Shown: positions 27,448 through 35,566 of the stretch, one piece after another
Position numbering within the stretch: the stretch's first letter is position 1
Layout: each line of letters opens with the position of its first letter
Source: Patescibacteria group bacterium
Lineage (GTDB): Bacteria; Patescibacteriota; Patescibacteriia; JBDRGY01
NCBI GenBank assembly: GCA_043817315.1
Contig: JBDRGY010000003.1
Location: forward strand, 59,181 to 123,180
DNA: 64,000 nucleotides
Direction: 5' to 3'
Position numbers and translations under genes: made by a program
Notes under the pieces: generated by a model
Told to the model about the DNA's origin: nothing
Seen by the model: only the letters and a program-made list of their open reading frames with translations
Databases searched by the model: none

Positions 27448-28092
27448 ATGCCAAAACGTTCAACAAAAAATCAAGGTATGTCCCGGGTTACTATTATGTT
27501 GATAGCAGTGGCCATTCTGTTGATTGTAGTTTTGATCGTGGCTTACTTTATCTACCAGAGAAATCCCCAGAACGAGAATACCAATACAACTACAAACCTA
27601 AATACCAATCAAGCTACCACTAACTTGAACGTAAACAATAGCCTCAACACCAATACTAGCACCAATGTAAATCTAAACTTAAACACAGCGCCAACTACTA
27701 CCGATGCCAAGATAAAAGCCGAGCTACAAAGAATAGCCATCAACTTTACAGAGATTTGGGGTAGCTATTCCAACCAGAGCGATTTCGAGAACATTTTAGA
27801 CCTCAAAGTATTTATGACCGAGAAGATGGGCGATTGGGCTGATGATTATGTGAAAAACGCCAAGGAGAATCAGCCGGCAGCCGGCATCTACTATGGTGTT
27901 ACCTCTAAGGTGTTATCAGCCAAAGTGTCCAAATTTGATAAAGACAAAGGGACAGCTGAATTCCTGGTTACCACCCAACGCAAAGAATCGACAGGTACCG
28001 TAGCCAATTCCCGAATTTTCTATCAAGATAATATTATCAAGTTCGAAAAAGAGGGCGGCGTTTGGAAAGTGGCTGGTTCTTTTTGGCAATAA
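27448..28092 (+). CDS. Bitopic membrane protein with Asn/Thr-rich linker and ~140-aa C-terminal globular domain (VirB8/PrgL-like candidate)
   Basis: 214 aa. N-terminal TM (VTIMLIAVAILLIVVLIVAYFIY), NTNTTTNLNTNQATTNLNVNNSLNTNTST linker, then a mixed alpha/beta domain. Position after VirB4 and the bitopic topology fit VirB8. No sequence motif confirms it. Confidence 0.3.
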   Translation: MPKRSTKNQGMSRVTIMLIAVAILLIVVLIVAYFIYQRNPQNENTNTTTNLNTNQATTNLNVNNSLNTNTSTNVNLNLNTAPTTTDAKIKAELQRIAINFTEIWGSYSNQSDFENILDLKVFMTEKMGDWADDYVKNAKENQPAAGIYYGVTSKVLSAKVSKFDKDKGTAEFLVTTQRKESTGTVANSRIFYQDNIIKFEKEGGVWKVAGSFWQ

Positions 28093-28106
28093 TTAAAATT
28101 ACATTT

Positions 28107-28466
28107 ATGGTTGATTATTGGGAAGGCGCCGATCAAAATGATAAAAAGGAACTGGAGTTATTGGAGAAGGATATCAGAAAGAAGTTAGAAGATTTTGAAA
28201 GAATAATTCCACAAACTCAGAACTTCGAGGCTTGGCAGACAGAATATGATAAAATTGCCGAGCTGTTATTTAAAAGATTTGCTCTTAAAAATAAGATACT
28301 AAACAGCCAGGAGAATTGGTTCCGTAATGGTAAAGGTTCTATCCCTGATTGGCAATCAAAATTACCCACAGCAAGGGGTAATATTTCGAGGGAGCTTAAG
28401 GAAGATCTTGCAGTATCAGCTTTACTAATTGAGGATTTATCTAAGTCAGGAGGGAAAAATGGTTGA
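28107..28466 (+). CDS. Small hydrophilic hypothetical protein
   Basis: Likely start MVDYWEG at 28107. The track ORF start at 28062 overlaps the upstream gene. No motifs. Confidence 0.3.
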   Translation: MVDYWEGADQNDKKELELLEKDIRKKLEDFERIIPQTQNFEAWQTEYDKIAELLFKRFALKNKILNSQENWFRNGKGSIPDWQSKLPTARGNISRELKEDLAVSALLIEDLSKSGGKNG

Positions 28467-29568
28467 TGTTGCCCAAGCTGGACAAGTAGCAACACAGCTG
28501 ATAAGTCGTGTTCCTTTGAAATTGATGATGGGTCAAGCCGCTAATTTGATGGGAGCCCAAGGGGCTATGGAGACTTTTAGGGGGGTATCTAGTCAAGATA
28601 TTAAGAATTATGCCAATTATGCCAAGTCGGCCTATGTCACTAAGCGTACTGCAGCTAGAGAAAGGGCCAAGGAAAGAAGAAAAAAGATACAGAACCGTCG
28701 CAATGCGCCATTACAAACTGGCGGCGCAGCGATCGCTAGTGCCTCTCAACAAGAACGTGAGGCCGATGAAGACAGACAGTTGCAGGAGCAAGATTTGTAT
28801 GATCGTAATCCGCAGATGGCCAAAGTTGGTCCAGAGCAGCAAAGCCTGGTGCAGAGAACCTTGAACAGAAGAAAGGCCGCCAGGGCCAGAAAAAGAAGAG
28901 AAGCCACCAAGCTAAAAAGTCAGACCGGTGTCAAGTCATCATTACCAAGCCAGGGAATGATCCAGTCAAGCTTAGCGGGCCAGGGCCAAATTCCTTCCTG
29001 GGGAGATCAAGCCGGTGGCGGAGGATCACAAGCCGCTGGCACAGAAGCTGATGCAGGAGCAGCAGCACAAGATCAGGCTGAAAAAGAAGAGCCGGAAAAG
29101 GTAGAAGAAGACAAGCAGGGAGAAGCCAGGAGAAGACTCAATGCCTTTCGTCGCTTAAGTAAGGCTAAGGAATCCGGGGAAATTGGTGATCTGAAACTTA
29201 AGGATATAAAAAAGGCCAAAGAAGTAATCAAGCACCTTCAGAATATATATCGGGTGATCAACGGAACATCGGCCGTTTCTGTTGTGGGATTGATTATTAC
29301 ATTTCTGGTGATGAATGCCCAATTGATTTTGGGTAACGGGTTCAAGATAAAAATTGTGCCACCACTTCATTGGAGTGAAGTCGGTTTGATCGGATTAGTA
29401 GATGTCCTGTTGGCCGTTTTACTTCTGCTTGCCATGTTACAGATTGCCATATTTGGGATAATGATTTACAACATCCTACACCCCGAAGCCTTTATTGAAT
29501 ATATGGATATAATATTAAAATCGGGCCTTCAGGGTTTGTTTGATACCTTAAAGGCAATCTTTACCTGA
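28459..29568 (+). CDS. Membrane protein with long basic/Gln-rich N-terminal domain and C-terminal TM helices
   Basis: Start ATG overlaps the previous stop (ATGGTTGA). N-terminal ~260 aa are K/R/Q/A-rich (RERAKERRKKIQNRR ... RRKAARARKRRE). C-terminal 110 aa carry 2-3 TM helices. Confidence 0.4.
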   Translation: MVDVAQAGQVATQLISRVPLKLMMGQAANLMGAQGAMETFRGVSSQDIKNYANYAKSAYVTKRTAARERAKERRKKIQNRRNAPLQTGGAAIASASQQEREADEDRQLQEQDLYDRNPQMAKVGPEQQSLVQRTLNRRKAARARKRREATKLKSQTGVKSSLPSQGMIQSSLAGQGQIPSWGDQAGGGGSQAAGTEADAGAAAQDQAEKEEPEKVEEDKQGEARRRLNAFRRLSKAKESGEIGDLKLKDIKKAKEVIKHLQNIYRVINGTSAVSVVGLIITFLVMNAQLILGNGFKIKIVPPLHWSEVGLIGLVDVLLAVLLLLAMLQIAIFGIMIYNILHPEAFIEYMDIILKSGLQGLFDTLKAIFT

Positions 29569-29585
29569 TATCTAATTATAAGTCT

Positions 29586-31121
29586 GTGAAAAAAATTGGT
29601 TGGTTTATCGTTCTATTGATAATAATATTTGGGATTTTTGGCTTGCATCAAACAGTTGTTAAAGCCCAAGAGGCAGGTTCTGCCGAGCACGAGTCCTTAA
29701 CCCTCCAAGTTCCCCTGGGTGCCGGTAAAGATATCCTGCAATACCCCTATTTCCCCCAATACCTGGAATGGTTATTTGAATATTTCGTAGGTATCACCGC
29801 CATCTTAGCTGCTATCGGCTTGATGTGGGGTGGTTATAAATGGATTGCTGCTTCTGGCAATCCGGGCATGATTACCTCGGCCAAAGGCAGTATTATGAAC
29901 GCAGCTGTTGGTTTGGTCATTGCTTTAACTTCCTGGTTGTTACTTAACACCCTAAATCCTCGGATTACTAATCTGGAGTTTCCCCAGATAAAAAGTCCGG
30001 GGTTTCTCACCGAATCCCTTTCCTGTTCTGGCAAAGACTTTCCCTTGACCGGTGACGACGGTACTTGTTTACCGCCTGATCAGATCCCGCCCTTGGCACT
30101 CTGCCGAGTTGCTGGCCAAGATCCGGTTTATGGAGATGTTGCCTACGTTGCCGAACCTTGGGGTACTAATTGTGGAGAATCGGCTAGCGGTAATGCTTGC
30201 CAGCCGGCAGGTGTGGCTGACGATGACGAGAATTTCAATCAGATGGGTACAGCCTGCGCTGACGGTAGTAAACAAGCTTGTTTCATTATTAACAAAGACT
30301 ATAGTCAATCGGCTTATTTCCGGTGTATGGATTCATTATCTCTACCTGAAGCTAATGCCAAGGGATTCAATGATTCTGCTTGGACTGGGGGTGATGGGCC
30401 TGAATTGTGTATATCCGATTTTCGTTTAAAATGCGGTAAGATATATTGGGAAGAGGGGAATAGTAGTGGGGACGGTTTTTTCGGAACCTTTAGTTATAGG
30501 CGACGCCTAAAAGATCGTTCTGCCTGTGTGATTGATCTTAATAGTTATACCATATACCGGTCAAAATCAGACTGTCTGGGAAATTGGTTTGGTTGCGGTG
30601 CTTATGCTTTTTGTGAGATTGGTTGTTTCGATAATGCTTGGGTAGTAGACCACCGTGGTACAGTCACTCAAGCGGGTTGTCCTACGGGTGTCGGTCATGC
30701 GGGAAATCTCTGCGACGACCTTAGTCAGTTAGCTGATACTTATAATGTCCCCCATCCTTCCCAAAATGCGCCGGTCCTGGACCAACTAATCAGTTGTGTT
30801 ACCAGCAATGTGGCCCCTGGGATGATAGATATGTCCAAATTATTCACAGTTGATCGGGATCACCCTACCTGTAATTACACCCGAGGACATGCTCTTTGTG
30901 AACCGTGTTCCCACACTACCAATTCTTGTCATTATGGTGGCAGCAGCGGAAACGAAGGTGCCTTGGCCGTAGATTTCAATGCTGCCGCAGGTACCACAGA
31001 AGAAGATTTATTCGATGCAATCGAAGGTTTGGTGGTAGCCCCTGGCGCCTGTGCTGGCTTTGCCGGAGAATACTATTTTGAGGACGACCACACTCATGTA
31101 GCAGCTGGTGGCTGTGGTTAA
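29586..31121 (+). CDS. VirB2/TrbC-like pilin hairpin module fused to a Cys-rich ectodomain and a C-terminal possible zinc-hydrolase-like region (paralog 1, 511 aa)
   Basis: Signal peptide (MKKIGWFIVLLIIIFGIFGLHQTVVKAQEA). Then two hydrophobic helices joined by a short loop (FVGITAILAAIGLMWGGYKWIAASGNPGMITSAKGSIMNAAVGLVIALTSWLLL), the T-pilin architecture. About 30 Cys follow. The C-terminal ~140 aa (absent from the paralog) carry H-x-x-G ... ALAVD ... HTH residues. Confidence 0.45.
   Translation: MKKIGWFIVLLIIIFGIFGLHQTVVKAQEAGSAEHESLTLQVPLGAGKDILQYPYFPQYLEWLFEYFVGITAILAAIGLMWGGYKWIAASGNPGMITSAKGSIMNAAVGLVIALTSWLLLNTLNPRITNLEFPQIKSPGFLTESLSCSGKDFPLTGDDGTCLPPDQIPPLALCRVAGQDPVYGDVAYVAEPWGTNCGESASGNACQPAGVADDDENFNQMGTACADGSKQACFIINKDYSQSAYFRCMDSLSLPEANAKGFNDSAWTGGDGPELCISDFRLKCGKIYWEEGNSSGDGFFGTFSYRRRLKDRSACVIDLNSYTIYRSKSDCLGNWFGCGAYAFCEIGCFDNAWVVDHRGTVTQAGCPTGVGHAGNLCDDLSQLADTYNVPHPSQNAPVLDQLISCVTSNVAPGMIDMSKLFTVDRDHPTCNYTRGHALCEPCSHTTNSCHYGGSSGNEGALAVDFNAAAGTTEEDLFDAIEGLVVAPGACAGFAGEYYFEDDHTHVAAGGCG
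29690..29995 (+). repeat. Copy 1 of ~300-bp near-identical (>90%) tandem duplication (pilin-module coding region)
   Basis: Same nucleotide stretch recurs at 31245..31550. Identical 66-aa antisense ORFs at 29834..30034 and 31391..31591 confirm the recent duplication. Confidence 0.8.
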
Positions 31122-31130
31122 TAAAATAAT

Positions 31131-32246
31131 ATGAAAGTAAAAAAAGATAAAATTTGGTTAGCGGTTATCTTCATAAGTATATTATGGGGAGTTTTGGTTG
31201 TCGGCCCTATAGTGGCAGAGGCTGAGGTGGCCACCCCCGCTGAGCATGACCCCTTGACCCTGCAAATTCCCCTAGGCGCCGGTAAAGAGGTTCTGCAATA
31301 TCCCTATTTCCCCCAATACCTGGAATGGTTATTTGAATATTTTGTCGGTATCACCGCTATCTTGGCTGCTATCGGTCTGATGTGGGGTGGTTATAAATGG
31401 ATTGCCGCTTCCGGTAATCCGGGCATGATTACCTCAGCCAAAGGTAGTATTATGAACGCAGCTGTTGGCCTGGTCATTGCTTTAACCTCCTGGTTGTTGC
31501 TAAACACTCTAAACCCCCGGATAACCAGCTTAGAGTTTCCCCAGATAATAAGTCCAGGGGTATTAAGCGATGCACTTTCTTGCGCTGGCAAAGATTATCC
31601 CTTGACCGGAGCAGATGGAAAATGCTTGCCTGCTAATCAAATTCCGCCACTAAAATTGTGTAGAGTGGAAGGAGAAGATCCTGTTTATGGGGCATTGAAA
31701 TATACTAAAAAGCCATGGGAAACAGTTTGTGGCACAACAAATAAAGGTGACGCCTGTTTACCCCTAATAAAAGATGGTAAGGCAACAGGTAACCAGTTCG
31801 GAACGGCTTGTGCTGATGGAAGCAAGAATGTTTGTTTTATACAGGGCATGGACTCCTCGCAAAACGGCTACTTTTCATGTGTTGATACTGTTCAGCTAAA
31901 TGAAGCCCTGGCCAATGGTTTCTCCGAATCGTCCTTTACGGGAGGAGATGGGGCAGAAGGCTTTAATCTTGCCGAGCCCAAGATGTATTGTGGTAGTCTT
32001 TGGTGGGAAAAGGGAGTTACCGACGGAGACGGGTTTTTTGGTACAGCTGCTTATTCTGCAATGTGGGGAAGGGACAGATCTGCCTGTGTAATAAATATGG
32101 CGGCCGGTGTCCAGTGGAAAATTAATTATGCTGATTGTAACTTAAACCTAATAAAACACTGGTGTATGATAGGATGTTGGAATGAAGCTTGGATTATTGA
32201 TGAATATGGCCAAAAACAAAATCGAGGCTGTAGTTATTGGTATTGA
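31131..32246 (+). CDS. VirB2/TrbC-like pilin hairpin module fused to Cys-rich ectodomain (paralog 2, 371 aa)
   Basis: N-terminal ~140 aa nearly identical to 29586..31121. Cys-rich tail is divergent but alignable (GTACADGSK..CFI, GGDG, GDGFFGT, DRSACVI). Confidence 0.45.
   Translation: MKVKKDKIWLAVIFISILWGVLVVGPIVAEAEVATPAEHDPLTLQIPLGAGKEVLQYPYFPQYLEWLFEYFVGITAILAAIGLMWGGYKWIAASGNPGMITSAKGSIMNAAVGLVIALTSWLLLNTLNPRITSLEFPQIISPGVLSDALSCAGKDYPLTGADGKCLPANQIPPLKLCRVEGEDPVYGALKYTKKPWETVCGTTNKGDACLPLIKDGKATGNQFGTACADGSKNVCFIQGMDSSQNGYFSCVDTVQLNEALANGFSESSFTGGDGAEGFNLAEPKMYCGSLWWEKGVTDGDGFFGTAAYSAMWGRDRSACVINMAAGVQWKINYADCNLNLIKHWCMIGCWNEAWIIDEYGQKQNRGCSYWY
31245..31550 (+). repeat. Copy 2 of ~300-bp near-identical tandem duplication
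   Basis: See 29690..29995. Confidence 0.8.
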
Positions 32247-32268
32247 TAATAATTAATATATTATATAT

Positions 32269-33537
32269 ATGACACCAAAAGTAAAAAAAATATTAATCAT
32301 CGTTGCTTACATTGTCACGGCGATTTTTATGGCTTTTGTTATTTACTGGACTTTCTTTGGTGACCGGGATGGAGGCGGAGAAGTTGTTAATGTTAACGGC
32401 CGCTTGGTCAATCTGGGACCCGATGGTACTCTGCCCAATATCAACACCATTGATGTCAGCAACCTGAATTATAGTGTCAATACCAATCAAGTTGTTTCAG
32501 CCAACACTAACGCCGCCTTGCCTGATATTGCCGATGTAGCCACAGGTAGTCTGACCAAAACCACTAAACTCAATGATGATATTGCCTATTACTCTACTAC
32601 TTCTATTGATGGTTCCAATATGTATTACTACGATCGGGAAGACGGACTGTTTTATGTGGTATCAGCCGAAGACGGTTCACTTAGTCTCTTAACTGCCCAG
32701 AAATTTCATTCGGTTGAGAATGTTACCTGGTCGCCCACCAAAGACAAGGCCATCATCGAATTTCCTGATGGTACCAAGATCATGTATGATTTTAGGAATA
32801 ATAAGCAGTACACTTTACCGGAACAATATGAAGAAGTTGATTTCGCCGAAACCGGTCGGGAGATTGTCTTTAAATATATGGGTGAAGATGAAGATGATCG
32901 TTTTCTAGCCATTGCCAACCCAGATGGAACAGGAATGCAGGTTGTAGAGCAACTATCAGATAGAGCTGATAGTTTTGAAGCCGATTATTCGCCATCCGGA
33001 CAAGTAGTCGGTTTTTACAAGGAATCAACAACAGGAGAGAGCCAGGAAGTATATTTTATCGGAAAATACGGAGAAAACTTCAAGTCATTATCGGTCAACG
33101 GTAAAGGTTTTGAGTCTCAATGGTCGTCCGATGGTGAGCAGCTAGTCTATTCAGTCTACAATTCGGGAACCAATTACAATCCTACTTTGTGGCTAGCTGG
33201 AGCTCAAGGGGAAAGTATTGGGGAAAATAAAATAAACACCGGTTTACAGACCTGGGCAGATAAATGTGCCATTTCGGGCAGTACAGCTATTTGTGGAGTG
33301 CCCACCAGCCTGGAAAGAGGCAGCGGCCCCTTTCCCGAGCTATCCTCCAGTAGCCCTGACGTTTTTTACCAAGTTGATCTAAATTCAGGTAACAGTACGC
33401 CCCTGGCTATTCCGGTCTACGGCGATGGTACCGGCCAATTTCAAGTTAAAAACATCCATATCGACGAGAGTGGACGTTACATGTATTTTACGGATGGCTT
33501 TACCGGGAAATTACACAAGATCCAGATAGAATACTAG
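32269..33537 (+). CDS. Membrane-anchored beta-propeller-like protein (TolB/PD40-like repeats)
   Basis: 422 aa. N-terminal TM (ILIIVAYIVTAIFMAFVIYWTFF). Recurring ~45-aa units with S/Y-P-D/S-G pattern (YSTTSIDGSNMYY, SPTKDKAIIEFPDGT, ANPDGTGMQ, YSPSGQVVGF, WSSDGEQLVYS). Confidence 0.4.
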   Translation: MTPKVKKILIIVAYIVTAIFMAFVIYWTFFGDRDGGGEVVNVNGRLVNLGPDGTLPNINTIDVSNLNYSVNTNQVVSANTNAALPDIADVATGSLTKTTKLNDDIAYYSTTSIDGSNMYYYDREDGLFYVVSAEDGSLSLLTAQKFHSVENVTWSPTKDKAIIEFPDGTKIMYDFRNNKQYTLPEQYEEVDFAETGREIVFKYMGEDEDDRFLAIANPDGTGMQVVEQLSDRADSFEADYSPSGQVVGFYKESTTGESQEVYFIGKYGENFKSLSVNGKGFESQWSSDGEQLVYSVYNSGTNYNPTLWLAGAQGESIGENKINTGLQTWADKCAISGSTAICGVPTSLERGSGPFPELSSSSPDVFYQVDLNSGNSTPLAIPVYGDGTGQFQVKNIHIDESGRYMYFTDGFTGKLHKIQIEY

Positions 33538-33556
33538 TAGAATAAATTCTAAAAGT

Positions 33557-33590
33557 AATAAAGCTCAAGTAATTGGGCTTTATTTTTATT
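33557..33590 (+). terminator. Putative intrinsic terminator ending the long polycistron (AATAAAGC-12nt loop-GCTTTATT then TTTATT)
   Basis: 8-bp perfect but AT-rich stem followed by a T-run. 20 nt after the stop at 33537. Confidence 0.4.
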
Positions 33591-33613
33591 GTAGAATGAA
33601 TTAAAATATACCT

Positions 33614-34963
33614 ATGAGCATCAAAACAGTTTATTCCTGCACTAAGTGTGACGCCCAATTCCCCAAATGGCAGGGCCGTTGCCCAGAATGTGGCGCCTGG
33701 GGAACTATCGGACAGCAAACGGTAACCAGGAAAAGTAAACCAATAAACCAAGGATTGCCACCAGGACGGGTGGTTAATTTGGATTCAATAGATGAAAAGA
33801 CTTTGCCCAGAGTTAAGTCCAATATTAAGGAATTTGACCGGGTGGTGGGAGGGGGAATTGTGCCTGGTTCTCTTAGTTTGATCGGTGGTGACCCGGGTAT
33901 TGGCAAGTCTACTTTGGTACTGCAGATAGCTGAAGCTTTATCCCAATCAATGCCGGGTAAAATACTGTATGTTTCTGGTGAAGAATCTGCAGAACAAGTC
34001 AAAATGCGCCTCAAAAGAATCGGCAGGCAAGGAGCAAAGCTACAGTTTCTAAGCGAAACCTCGGCGGAAACGATTGTGGCCACCCTGGCTGAATACCAAC
34101 CCAAGTTGGCTATTATCGATTCCATCCAGACCATGTTTACTGAGGATGTTAAATCAGAGGCCGGTTCCGTCAACCAAATAAAAGCCTGTACCACCAAGTT
34201 TCTGGAAATTGCCAAGCCCAATAATATTTCCCTGTTAATCATAGGGCATGTTACTAAGGGAGGAACCATGGCGGGTCCCAAGACCTTAGAACATTTAGTG
34301 GACGTAGTCTTGTATTTAGAAGGAGATAAATACCATGCCTTCAGGATTCTGCGAGCTGCCAAAAATCGTTTTGGAGCTACAGCCGAAGTGGGTATTTTTG
34401 ACATGCAGGAGAAGGGGATGGTTGAGGTAAAAAATCCTTCGGAACTATTCTTGAAAGAGAGGCAAAAAAACACTCCAGGTTCGGCAGTAGCCTCTATTGT
34501 TGAAGGAACCAGGTCGTTTTTAGTGGAAATCCAGGCCCTAGTTTCTCGTACCCATTTTGGCTATGCCAAACGGGTGGCCCTGGGAGTCAATTTTAAACGT
34601 TTAGAACTATTAGTAAATGTATTAAAGAAGAGAACCAAGCTAAGCTTGGCCAATCAGGATATTAATGTAAATGTTGCCGGCGGTATCAAAATTGCAGAAC
34701 CAGCTGCTGATCTGGCAATTTGTTTAGCTATTTATTCTGCTTTAACTAATAAAGTGATTGAACCCAAGATGGTGGCTATCGGCGAAGTTGGTTTGGCCGG
34801 TGAATTGCGAACTGTAGCCCATCTGGAGAAAAGGATTAACGAAGCCAGTAAACTGGGTTTTAATCAGATAATGATGCCGGCTGCCGCCAAAATTTCTGGA
34901 AATAAAGACCTCAATATTATTACTGTCAAAAATCTACAAGAGGCATTTCAATTTTTAGAATAG
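33614..34963 (+). CDS. radA: DNA repair protein RadA (Sms)
   Basis: N-terminal C4 zinc finger (CTKCDAQFPKWQGRCPECGAWGT). RecA-like Walker A (GGDPGIGKSTL). KNRFG motif (AAKNRFGAT). C-terminal Lon-protease-like domain. Confidence 0.9.
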   Translation: MSIKTVYSCTKCDAQFPKWQGRCPECGAWGTIGQQTVTRKSKPINQGLPPGRVVNLDSIDEKTLPRVKSNIKEFDRVVGGGIVPGSLSLIGGDPGIGKSTLVLQIAEALSQSMPGKILYVSGEESAEQVKMRLKRIGRQGAKLQFLSETSAETIVATLAEYQPKLAIIDSIQTMFTEDVKSEAGSVNQIKACTTKFLEIAKPNNISLLIIGHVTKGGTMAGPKTLEHLVDVVLYLEGDKYHAFRILRAAKNRFGATAEVGIFDMQEKGMVEVKNPSELFLKERQKNTPGSAVASIVEGTRSFLVEIQALVSRTHFGYAKRVALGVNFKRLELLVNVLKKRTKLSLANQDINVNVAGGIKIAEPAADLAICLAIYSALTNKVIEPKMVAIGEVGLAGELRTVAHLEKRINEASKLGFNQIMMPAAAKISGNKDLNIITVKNLQEAFQFLE

Positions 34964-34978
34964 ACTATAATCAAAACC

Positions 34979-35530
34979 TTGAAGAAACTGCCTAAAAATT
35001 TTTTTAATCGCGACACCAAAAAAGTCGCCGTAGAATTATTAGGTCATTATTTGATACGGAAAAAGGGCAGCCAGGTTTATCAAGGAATCATCACTGAAAC
35101 GGAAGCTTTCGTTGGTCCCAATGACCTGGCCTCTCACGCCTCCAAAGGTAGGACCAAAAGAACCGAAACAATGTTTGGACCTGCGGGTCAGGCCTATGTC
35201 TATTTAATTTACGGTATGTATTACTGCTTTAATATTGTGACCGAAGAATTAGATTATCCGGCTGCAGTCTTAATTCGAGCTTGCCAGCCGGTTAAAACGT
35301 ATAAGGGAATTATTTCGGTAGGTCCCGGCAAGTTATCTCAGGCTTTTAGGATCGACAAGAAGCTTAATGGTCAAAGTGTCTATGGCAACCAGATTTGGAT
35401 TGCCAAGGGGCCCGAAGTAATTAAGAGAAAAAATATCAAAAAAGCCAAACGGGTTGGCGTAGATTATGCCGATATGTATAAAAATAAATTGTGGCGCTAC
35501 TATCTTAAAAACAATAAATATATTTCTTGA
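34979..35530 (+). CDS. DNA-3-methyladenine glycosylase (Mpg/AAG family)
   Basis: 183 aa. [50 protein letters not shown] matches the ETEAY..DxASH..G.T.RN..MFG..G..YVY..YG.H.C.N family signature. Confidence 0.8.
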   Translation: MKKLPKNFFNRDTKKVAVELLGHYLIRKKGSQVYQGIITETEAFVGPNDLASHASKGRTKRTETMFGPAGQAYVYLIYGMYYCFNIVTEELDYPAAVLIRACQPVKTYKGIISVGPGKLSQAFRIDKKLNGQSVYGNQIWIAKGPEVIKRKNIKKAKRVGVDYADMYKNKLWRYYLKNNKYIS

Positions 35531-35540
35531 ATATAAAAAA

Positions 35541-35566
35541 AGAGGGACGGAATCCAATTCCGTCCC
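35541..35566 (-). terminator. Rho-independent terminator for the minus-strand gene 35584..36270 (possibly bidirectional with mpg)
   Basis: GGGACGGAAT / ATTCCGTCCC 10-bp stem with 3-nt loop at 35544-35566. On the minus strand it is followed by TCTTTTTTTATATT (plus-strand A-run 35533-35540). Confidence 0.55.

Noticed and set aside
27550-27700. Asn/Thr-rich and poly-Pro tracts (27550-27700; 23130-23250) as possible repeats or hypervariable loci
   Set aside because: They are in-frame low-complexity linkers within coding sequences (NTNTTTNLNTN..., PPPPPPPPRPQ...). There are no DNA-level tandem repeat units with clean periodicity, and they are typical flexible linkers.
29834-31591. Two identical 66-aa minus-strand ORFs (29834..30034 and 31391..31591)
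   Set aside because: They are antisense to the duplicated pilin-module coding region. Their identity simply reflects the tandem duplication and is not an independent gene.
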